Shown here: positions 16,939 to 23,575 of the stretch, one piece after another
Layout of the letters: each line of letters starts with the position of its first letter
Numbering within the stretch: the first letter of the stretch is position 1
IMG/VR virus record: IMGVR_UViG_3300037483_000205
Source: a virus
Strand: one strand, 5' to 3'
DNA: 63,249 bases
The notes under the pieces: model-generated
Databases searched by the model: none
Seen by the model: only the letters and a program-made list of their open reading frames with translations
What the model was told of the DNA's origin: nothing
Position numbers and translations under genes: made by a program

Positions 16939-17115
16939 ATGACCGAAGAGCAAATAAATGAAATCGTATTGATGAAAACACGCCTACCTTTCCGCATAGT
17001 GTGGGGGATGCTACATAAAGATACTTACGCGTTCAGCGTGCATGCGCACTATACAAAACGGCAGATGAATAAGGCTGTCCGAGATGGCCACTATGTTGTC
17101 AAGGCTCAAAACTAG
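16939..17115 (+). CDS. Hypothetical small protein (58 aa, below the ORF-track cutoff)
   Basis: Hand-translated: MTEEQINEIVLMKTRLPFRIVWGMLHKDTYAFSVHAHYTKRQMNKAVRDGHYVVKAQN. SD AGAGGAGAG. Confidence 0.6.
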   Translation: MTEEQINEIVLMKTRLPFRIVWGMLHKDTYAFSVHAHYTKRQMNKAVRDGHYVVKAQN

Positions 17116-17126
17116 GGGGTGAAGAA

Positions 17127-17330
17127 ATGACAAAAGAAGAAAAGAAGAAAAAACTGAAGCGACTTATGTCGCTTTACTATCTCCGTCTGAAGGATCAGGA
17201 CCCTGATGATTTGCCCGACTACGGGACCCTGTTTGTCCCGGTACAGGACGACGAGGAAAGAGACGAATTTTTGTTCGCCGGCGAACTTAATTTTGAGGGA
17301 GAAATAAACCATGAACTTACCAGAAAGTAA
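17127..17330 (+). CDS. Hypothetical protein (67 aa, Lys-rich N-terminus, acidic C-terminus)
   Basis: SD AGGGGG 7 nt upstream. Confidence 0.65.
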   Translation: MTKEEKKKKLKRLMSLYYLRLKDQDPDDLPDYGTLFVPVQDDEERDEFLFAGELNFEGEINHELTRK

Positions 17331-17976
17331 GCTTGTAAGAAATCAAAAGAAAGTCATGACCAGAGTTATCGGTAGAGAAAAACTTGTCGTAACTATCCAA
17401 CACGACGACGAATACGGAAATGGTCACAACTCATTCGCCATTACTGGAACGCTCTCAGTGAAGGAAAAGAACAATCGCTGGCACGAATACGGTTGGGGGA
17501 TGCTCCACGACGAAGTTGCAAGGTTTTTCCCTGAGATTGTGCCCTATCTCAAGTGGCACTTATGCAGTACCGACGAACCAATGCACTACGTAGCTAATAC
17601 TATGTACCATGCAGGCGACAAGGATTGTTGGGGATTGAGGAAAGGCGAAAGTAGGCAAATTAAGAACGGCAAGACCGGTCTGCCTTGTTGGAAGCTCGAA
17701 GTGGTAGACGAAGACGGAAACGAGGTAAGCAGGCAAGAAATTAAAGAATACGTAGACGCTGAGGAGCGCCCCACCTCGTCTTACAGGTATGAGTATCGCC
17801 CGTTCTGTCAGATTGGCAAAGGAAAAGAGCCGGATCTCGCCGCTGCTCGGTCTTGCGCCATCTGGCCGGACGCTGCTCCGGAACAGCTCCAAGACAAAGA
17901 AATCTTACTTGCTCGGTTGCCTAACCTTATGCAGGAGTTTAAAGCGGCAGTCGAAAGCCTTGGCTTAGTATACTAA
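17311..17976 (+). CDS. Hypothetical protein (221 aa)
   Basis: SD GGGAGA. 20-nt overlap with the upstream ORF. No family recognised. Confidence 0.75.
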   Translation: MNLPESKLVRNQKKVMTRVIGREKLVVTIQHDDEYGNGHNSFAITGTLSVKEKNNRWHEYGWGMLHDEVARFFPEIVPYLKWHLCSTDEPMHYVANTMYHAGDKDCWGLRKGESRQIKNGKTGLPCWKLEVVDEDGNEVSRQEIKEYVDAEERPTSSYRYEYRPFCQIGKGKEPDLAAARSCAIWPDAAPEQLQDKEILLARLPNLMQEFKAAVESLGLVY

Positions 17977-17988
17977 TGATACACACCA

Positions 17989-18012
17989 AAGGCCGGAAAA
18001 CATCCCGGCCTT
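17989..18012 (+). terminator. Rho-independent terminator
   Basis: AAGGCCGG-aaaacatc-CCGGCCTT followed by GTATCTTTGTG. Confidence 0.6.
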
Positions 18013-18269
18013 GTATCTTTGTGTTACAAGTACCATGTTCTGGGGAGAAACAAAACTCGACAGGATGTATCAGAAAGATACATAAATCAGTGATAATAAT
18101 TCCTATTGCTTGAAAAATGTTAGGGGCGACAAACATAACGATTTTAGGAAATGGCCTGATCAGTGTATCAAAAATATACACACCACGAGAGGCGGCGAAG
18201 CAAATGCCTAACAATCGGCGGAGAGGCAAAAATCGGAAAAATGCGAAAAGTTAGTATCAAAAATATACA
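18012..18269. promoter_or_regulatory. Four copies of a 17-bp palindromic operator-like motif TGTATC-N5-GATACA
   Basis: 18012-18028 TGTATCtttgtGTTACA; 18066-18082 TGTATCagaaaGATACA (perfect arms); 18164-18180 TGTATCaaaaaTATACA; 18253-18269 aGTATCaaaaaTATACA. Confidence 0.6.
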
Positions 18270-18475
18270 TAGCTTAATGGTTTGCTTAAATGCGATTTTG
18301 AAATCGTTGAACTTTTTTTGGTGTTTTTGTCAGTTTGGAGGGAGTTTGATACCTGCTGACGACACTTGGAATTTTGGGCGTATCCAGCAAGTGGCTGAAA
18401 TCATTAAATCATAGTTGTCTTAGATTGTATTATATATATAGTTATATAGTTAGACATATAAAGTTCCTATGCACT

Positions 18476-18572
18476 TTATTGGTTTGTGTAAAAACCGCTC
18501 CACACTGGATAGAGTAGACCCAAACCCCAGAATTACACAAACCAATAATTTGAACAAATCTGGGTCTACTCT
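18476..18572. repeat. Two interleaved inverted repeats (A..B..A'..B')
   Basis: A 18476-18491 ttattggtttgtgtaa pairs with A' 18533-18548 ttacacaaaccaataa (16/16). B 18511-18522 agagtagaccca pairs with B' 18561-18572 tgggtctactct (12/12). Confidence 0.8.
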
Positions 18573-18646
18573 CCAAAAACCATACAAAACATATAATAAA
18601 TCAATCTCTTAAATAGATAACGTAACGCCTTGCTTGGAGAGCTAAA

Positions 18647-19264
18647 GTGAAAACTGGACGGATTATTAAGGACACGAGAGCATGTAACAGGGATCATCAA
18701 TGCAGGCGGCCAGGCTGGAAGTGTCCAGAGGTTCCTTGCCTGAAGGAGGTTGTCTACTGGCGGGTAGTGGACCGACAAAACCTGGATTACCTCCCTACGC
18801 CTGTGCAGACTGAAGAAGAGGCGAAGGCTAGAGCCGCCGAACTGGGTGTGCGCCTCGTTTATCTTGGGCACATGTTCTGGAACGAGTTGCGATGGATCAG
18901 GCAACGCACAGGGCTCAGTATTGAGTATCTTGCCAGGCAAGCCAATGTCTCTGTTATCGCGTGGCAGAACGCAGAGGCCGGGCGGTCTGAGACCGTGCCT
19001 GCACAGATCGAGTGGTGCGCTTTGGATTGGGCGGAGAAAATGAGTATACCACCGTATGGAACGCCTGAGCCTGTAGTAACTCCGGCGCATCTCCGAGCCA
19101 TCCGAGCAAAGATGAAGCTGAGCAAGTCGGGGCTTGCGGATAGACTGAATATCTCGTCTTCAGCGTTGTATCAATGGGAATCAGGAGGGCGGAAAATTCC
19201 TCCCTACGTACTTTATGCACTGAGGAAATTAAATCAGGCCGAAGGCCAAAAGGGGGAAGAATGA
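18647..19264 (+). CDS. Transcriptional regulator with two XRE-type HTH domains
   Basis: 205 aa. GTG start with SD GGAGAG. HTH1 LRWIRQRTGLSIEYLARQANVSVIAWQNAEAG; HTH2 LRAIRAKMKLSKSGLADRLNISSSALYQWESGGRKIP. Confidence 0.75.
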   Translation: MKTGRIIKDTRACNRDHQCRRPGWKCPEVPCLKEVVYWRVVDRQNLDYLPTPVQTEEEAKARAAELGVRLVYLGHMFWNELRWIRQRTGLSIEYLARQANVSVIAWQNAEAGRSETVPAQIEWCALDWAEKMSIPPYGTPEPVVTPAHLRAIRAKMKLSKSGLADRLNISSSALYQWESGGRKIPPYVLYALRKLNQAEGQKGEE

Positions 19265-19527
19265 AAGTCCAAAATATGCAGTCATCAAGAGGAACCACTA
19301 TTGCCAATCAGTTTGAAATATATACCGACGAAGGTGTGTACTTCCAATCGTACGCCACTGTCGTGGCGTTCCGCCCCTACAAAGGGAAGATCCAGCTCGA
19401 CGCCGACAAGTGGGACTATTCCAGGACTACTGCGAAGTATCGGAACTTGTTCCTGCGGATGACTACCAAGGAAGTCGAAGCGAAGATTGAAAGCGGCGAA
19501 ATTGAGCTTGTGGACCTGAATAAGTAG
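19261..19527 (+). CDS. Hypothetical protein (88 aa; NQFEIYT..YFQSY..WDYSRTT motif)
   Basis: ATGA overlap with the upstream stop. Confidence 0.7.
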   Translation: MKVQNMQSSRGTTIANQFEIYTDEGVYFQSYATVVAFRPYKGKIQLDADKWDYSRTTAKYRNLFLRMTTKEVEAKIESGEIELVDLNK

Positions 19528-19544
19528 TCGGGGGAGGAATAAAG

Positions 19545-19745
19545 ATGACTCCCAAACACTTACGTGCTTTCCGCCGACACTTCGGCCTGAGCCAGGCCAA
19601 GGCGGCCACCCTGCTCGGTGTGACCCGAGTGTCGTGGTGCCGGTGGGAGACAGGAGCATCGCCGCTGCCGGTGTATATGCGCTACGCCCTCGTCGGCCTG
19701 GGCCGAGAACTTAAAAAGGCAGGGGGACCTGCCAAGGAGGAGTAA
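19545..19745 (+). CDS. Small XRE-type HTH protein
   Basis: LRAFRRHFGLSQAKAATLLGVTRVSWCRWETGASPLPVY. SD GGAGGA. Confidence 0.75.
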   Translation: MTPKHLRAFRRHFGLSQAKAATLLGVTRVSWCRWETGASPLPVYMRYALVGLGRELKKAGGPAKEE

Positions 19746-19746
19746 C

Positions 19747-20070
19747 ATGGAAAGGGAATTTGACGTGTCTTACGCCAGCTTTGCCCGCATGGAGACAGTG
19801 AAGGGCAAACTCGTCGCCGCAGACCGAGATATCGGGATCACAATTGTCGATGCGGCTACAGGAACGCATCTGTACTGCTTGAACGGCCCAGCTTCGCCGT
19901 TGAGCAAGCACAATCCTAATTGGTTCGCCCGGCCTAGTGATTTTGAAGCTCACTACAAGAGATATGACGAAGTCATGTCGGCGGTCGAGGCCGGGGCCTT
20001 GCATCTGGAGGCGCTTCCTGTAAAGGGAGACGGTGCGCCGAGTAACAGGTCCTGCGCTTTCGCGCAATAA
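19747..20070 (+). CDS. Hypothetical protein, paralog 1 (C-terminal ..CAFAQ)
   Basis: 107 aa. SD GGAGGAG. Alignable with 20184..20525 (..LVAA[DE]R[DE]IG[IL]T[IV]VDA......Y.CLNGP.SP.. and the C-terminal CAF.Q). Confidence 0.75.
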   Translation: MEREFDVSYASFARMETVKGKLVAADRDIGITIVDAATGTHLYCLNGPASPLSKHNPNWFARPSDFEAHYKRYDEVMSAVEAGALHLEALPVKGDGAPSNRSCAFAQ

Positions 20071-20086
20071 GGAGGACTGACTCCCG

Positions 20087-20158
20087 ATGTTCACAGCAAT
20101 CCTACTACTTATTCTCGTCGCAGCCTTCCTGATCATTGGATCAGGCATGGATGAGTAA
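20087..20158 (+). CDS. Possible 23-aa transmembrane micropeptide
   Basis: Hand-translated: MFTAILLLILVAAFLIIGSGMDE. GGAGGA 11 nt upstream. Confidence 0.3.
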   Translation: MFTAILLLILVAAFLIIGSGMDE

Positions 20159-20183
20159 GCGGCACCGCCGCAAGGAGATAAAA

Positions 20184-20525
20184 ATGGAAAACCAAGAATT
20201 TGATTTCGTGGTGCCTGTGTATCACACATTCCACACAGTTCGTGCTAGGTTGGTGGCCGCAGAGCGCGAGATTGGCCTTACTGTGGTAGACGCCGTCGAT
20301 TCTGACAAATACTATATCTGCCTGAACGGGCCTAAGTCTCCTGTATGTACGAAGGCTGGGTATGTGTACTCCCCCTCCAGATTAGCTAAGTATTATGAGG
20401 CGTTTGACTACGTGATACGGCAGGTTGGCTCCGTCGCACCGGTAGAGTATGCCGTACTTAGTGATATGTTGAGCGGAGGAGGCGGGCGCCCTTTCGGGCA
20501 GGAAACTTGCGCCTTTGGGCAGTAG
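20184..20525 (+). CDS. Hypothetical protein, paralog 2 (C-terminal ..CAFGQ)
   Basis: SD AAGGAG before the ATG at 20184. Paralog of 19747..20070. Confidence 0.75.
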   Translation: MENQEFDFVVPVYHTFHTVRARLVAAEREIGLTVVDAVDSDKYYICLNGPKSPVCTKAGYVYSPSRLAKYYEAFDYVIRQVGSVAPVEYAVLSDMLSGGGGRPFGQETCAFGQ

Positions 20526-20536
20526 GAGGTCACGAA

Positions 20537-20794
20537 GTGAACGGAAAATGCATATACTGCGAGCACCACGTCCTGGTAGGCCGCAAGAAGTTCGCCTGCC
20601 GTAACCCTGCCAAAGGCATACGCCTCAAGGAGCAGCATAAATATGCTGCTCCAGCGAACAAGGCGCGGCATCTGCCGCACGCCTGCGACATCTCGGGACT
20701 CGAAGAAACCTATCCTGATAGGTTTTCTCCTGCCTTCCTTGTCGGGGAGTGCGAGAACTGGAAACGGAAAGTTTATGAGGAGGAGAAAGGATGA
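20537..20794 (+). CDS. Hypothetical Cys/His-rich protein (85 aa)
   Basis: GTG start after SD AGGAGG. CIYCEHH...C...C motif. Confidence 0.6.
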   Translation: MNGKCIYCEHHVLVGRKKFACRNPAKGIRLKEQHKYAAPANKARHLPHACDISGLEETYPDRFSPAFLVGECENWKRKVYEEEKG

Positions 20795-20943
20795 AACAAA
20801 TAATGACATGTGTACTGTACGGCGTTTTCGGCGCAACCCTCCGTTACGCAGGCGTCACTGTCAGTTCGTGGCATTTCTGGGCAGCTCTGGCGTGCTTGGT
20901 GCTGGTTGATGTTCTCAGCTTCATGCGCGGGGTGGAGGGATGA
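20791..20943 (+). CDS. Small membrane protein (50 aa, below the ORF-track cutoff)
   Basis: Hand-translated: MKQIMTCVLYGVFGATLRYAGVTVSSWHFWAALACLVLVDVLSFMRGVEG. ATGA overlaps at both ends. Confidence 0.55.
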   Translation: MKQIMTCVLYGVFGATLRYAGVTVSSWHFWAALACLVLVDVLSFMRGVEG

Positions 20944-21122
20944 AAGATCGATTGCCTGCTCCGCAGGCCGAAGCCTGTCGCTCTACGAGCGAAGAAGAGG
21001 ACTACTATGGGGCAATGCACCCAGCGCCAAGCACTTCCTGGAGGGAGAAACTTTTCCTCGTATTTCTCGCCGCCCTTGCAGCCCTAAACTTGTGGTTTAT
21101 ACTGGCCTCTGGGCCGAAATAA
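20940..21122 (+). CDS. Small protein with a C-terminal TM helix (60 aa)
   Basis: ATGA overlap. KLFLVFLAALAALNLWFILA. Confidence 0.6.
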   Translation: MKDRLPAPQAEACRSTSEEEDYYGAMHPAPSTSWREKLFLVFLAALAALNLWFILASGPK

Positions 21123-21135
21123 GGAGGAAAATAAC

Positions 21136-21729
21136 ATGTCGACAAGATACACAGCAAAACTTGTAGAAGAAGGACAAACCTTCCAGGAGTTCGCTCTTGG
21201 GTGCGCACGAGCCTTCGGAGCACTCATTTCGATGCGAGACGACGCAAGCGACGTACCGATACCCGACGAGTTTGTGCCGTCGGACTATCACGAGAAGCAA
21301 CTTGCGGAAGCGCAGGCACATTTGGCTGAGTTGCAGGAGATGTCTTGGGAAGAACGCGAGGCGCTCGGGCAAGCCGAGAAAGAGAAGGACATTGACAGTG
21401 CGGAAAACTCATTGCTGCGTGAGTTGGGTCAGAACACCAAGATCGATGAGATGCTTGCGAACGTTAAGGCGTGGCATCCTCCAACCGGTGAACACCAAGG
21501 GCTGAAAGACTTCATGCTACAGCAACTTGAGATGAGTTATAACAGTACGAAGTATATTCGAGAAATGATCAACGAGCTAGACGGCAAGTTCCCAAGGGAC
21601 TACTATCTGTCCGTGGTGGCACAGGCAAGGCGCAATATTGAGTACCACACTGAAGAACACGCCAAGGAGGTAAAGAGGGCCAGCGAACGAACCGCGTGGG
21701 TGCGACAACTGAAGGAGAGCCTGCGATGA
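21136..21729 (+). CDS. Hypothetical protein (197 aa)
   Basis: SD AAGGAGGA. No family recognised. Confidence 0.8.
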   Translation: MSTRYTAKLVEEGQTFQEFALGCARAFGALISMRDDASDVPIPDEFVPSDYHEKQLAEAQAHLAELQEMSWEEREALGQAEKEKDIDSAENSLLRELGQNTKIDEMLANVKAWHPPTGEHQGLKDFMLQQLEMSYNSTKYIREMINELDGKFPRDYYLSVVAQARRNIEYHTEEHAKEVKRASERTAWVRQLKESLR

Positions 21730-21935
21730 CCTACGAACAATTAAGAAATTCCTTGATCCCCGAAGCGATGCAGGCCGCCAAGCGGCGCGTAGCCTTGCTT
21801 GGCAAGGAGTACGAGGACCAGGAGAACGGACGGCTAGGGTCGTACCGACATTATTTTGAGAGTGAGTTTTTCCATCAGGAGATGAATTTCCGCATAGCGG
21901 ATGCGCTGAAAGCGCAGAGGGGGGAAACGAATTGA
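21726..21935 (+). CDS. Hypothetical protein (69 aa)
   Basis: ATGA overlap with the upstream stop. Confidence 0.65.
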   Translation: MTYEQLRNSLIPEAMQAAKRRVALLGKEYEDQENGRLGSYRHYFESEFFHQEMNFRIADALKAQRGETN

Positions 21936-22135
21936 GCACTTATAAATTAGACCAACCTTACAAGGTCGAGCAGCACCAAGCCCACGTCTCTAAGAGACGG
22001 AAAAACGCAGTCTGGCCCGCAAGCAAAGGGCAAGCGATCAGGCCCGACAAGGTCGGACAGCTGAGCGGCAAAGCCGCTATAAAGGCGCTGAAACGCGCCC
22101 GAACAAGGTTTCTGAAGGAGGTAAATAATGATTAG
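21932..22135 (+). CDS. Hypothetical basic protein (67 aa)
   Basis: The TTG start overlaps the upstream stop (TTGA). GAGGGGGG upstream. Confidence 0.55.
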   Translation: MSTYKLDQPYKVEQHQAHVSKRRKNAVWPASKGQAIRPDKVGQLSGKAAIKALKRARTRFLKEVNND

Positions 22136-22385
22136 ACTAACGAATCAGAACGGCGTCGAGCAGCGCGATGTGCTGAAGTTGATGAAGGATATGATACCTC
22201 TTGAGGTCTGCGTAGTAGTATCAGGCTACCATGCAGGTAGCTTGGTGATGCGCACAGCGTCCACCTGCGCTATCGAAATTATGGACCTGACCCAAGCACG
22301 CGAGAGTTCTTGCTGGACAGGTAGCTCTGATATCAAAGTCCGAGAACTCTACCCTGGAGAGAAGTACCTCCTTGAGTTGTCATGA
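22128..22385 (+). CDS. Hypothetical protein (85 aa)
   Basis: SD GGAGGT. Followed by a coupled HTH gene. Confidence 0.7.
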   Translation: MIRLTNQNGVEQRDVLKLMKDMIPLEVCVVVSGYHAGSLVMRTASTCAIEIMDLTQARESSCWTGSSDIKVRELYPGEKYLLELS

Positions 22386-22567
22386 ACGAACTCAAGGACC
22401 TTCGCGCCAAGCTCCACCGGACCCAGGCCGAAATGGCTACACTTGTCGGAGTGACGAAACTCACATGGGGGAGGTGGGAGCGCGGGGAGTTCACACCCCT
22501 CCCGGTTTACCGGATAAAATTAGCGAAGTTACTCGCCTTTGTTGGGCGAACTAAGGAGGAGAAATGA
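22382..22567 (+). CDS. Small XRE-type HTH protein
   Basis: LRAKLHRTQAEMATLVGVTKLTWGRWERGEFTPLPVY. Paralogous to 19545..19745. Confidence 0.75.
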   Translation: MNELKDLRAKLHRTQAEMATLVGVTKLTWGRWERGEFTPLPVYRIKLAKLLAFVGRTKEEK

Positions 22568-23097
22568 GAGAAGGAACTAGCCAGATACCGAAGATCTCGT
22601 ACTACAAGAACGGCTACGCGGTGTTCAACGCTGCGGCGCGGGACAGGTTCATCCTGCCGGAAGGTTACGGTTTCTGCACATTGACTTACGACGCGGTGCG
22701 ATGTAATATCAGGATGTGTCTGTCTAAGAGCCAGGTAGGTACTGCGCAGCGGCTCAACACCAACGATAAGTCAGTTCGACTGGCGGCGGCAGCACTGGTG
22801 AACAGGTACAACCTGCCGGATGAGTTCTCGGCAGAACTGCGGAAGGACGAAGTAAGCGGGGTGCTCCTTGCGGAGGTAAAACCAGAGGCAAAGCCTGTAT
22901 CTCCGCCGCCAAGGAAGGAAATAAAACTGAAAACTACGCCTATCGCCATACCGCAGGAGATAAAAGTTGAACTGCCGCAGACGCCGGACGACGTTCTCGG
23001 CCTAATCGACGAAGCAGTCAAGGCGGGGGTTTTGGCCGCACTCAGTCACATAGTGACCTCTCTCCAGGAGGCTATCGCTTGGAGGACGAAGAAATGA
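22564..23097 (+). CDS. Hypothetical protein (177 aa)
   Basis: SD AAGGAGGAG. ATGA overlap. Confidence 0.75.
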   Translation: MREGTSQIPKISYYKNGYAVFNAAARDRFILPEGYGFCTLTYDAVRCNIRMCLSKSQVGTAQRLNTNDKSVRLAAAALVNRYNLPDEFSAELRKDEVSGVLLAEVKPEAKPVSPPPRKEIKLKTTPIAIPQEIKVELPQTPDDVLGLIDEAVKAGVLAALSHIVTSLQEAIAWRTKK

Positions 23098-23333
23098 AAA
23101 TCGTTTCCCATGAAACAAGAAAAATAGGCAGACACTGGACCACGTTCTACCTCTGCTCCGACGGTGTGGAACGCACGGCGAGACAACTTGCCTCCTATTG
23201 TGGCTACGCTAGGCCGAGTAACCTCTATCAGAGGCTGAAAGCCGGAGATCAGGGACCGTTTACAAAGGTGAAAGGTTTCACCTTTACCAATGGGAATGCT
23301 GCATGGCGGAGCCTCGGAGAGGCTCAAGTATGA
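23094..23333 (+). CDS. Hypothetical protein (79 aa)
   Basis: The ATG at 23094 overlaps the upstream stop. Confidence 0.65.
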   Translation: MKIVSHETRKIGRHWTTFYLCSDGVERTARQLASYCGYARPSNLYQRLKAGDQGPFTKVKGFTFTNGNAAWRSLGEAQV

Positions 23334-23575
23334 AGATTCTGGTAATCGGCGAGCCGTCAAATCGGCAACTGGAGATGCTCAAGGAGTTGGCGGAGATTTA
23401 CAACTATGAAGTAGTTCGTAAAACGCAAGAGGAGTTCTGCCAAGAGCAAGAAGCGAAGCAGGAGGCAACAAGCGTTTGGTTCGACGAGTGCTCAAACTTC
23501 GTGTACAAGCCTCCATACTTACCTGTTTCGGAATGGTGGTGGAACAAAGACATCACGCTTAGGAGGCTTCGATGA
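23330..23575 (+). CDS. Hypothetical protein (81 aa)
   Basis: The ATG at 23330 overlaps the upstream stop. Confidence 0.65.
   Translation: MKILVIGEPSNRQLEMLKELAEIYNYEVVRKTQEEFCQEQEAKQEATSVWFDECSNFVYKPPYLPVSEWWWNKDITLRRLR

Noticed and set aside
18163-18414. 83-aa ORF (or a 57-aa ATG version from 18241) in the operator-containing gap
   Set aside because: The SD spacing is poor and the ORF overlaps two operator palindromes. The composition is AT-rich and there is no motif. A small regulatory peptide cannot be fully excluded.
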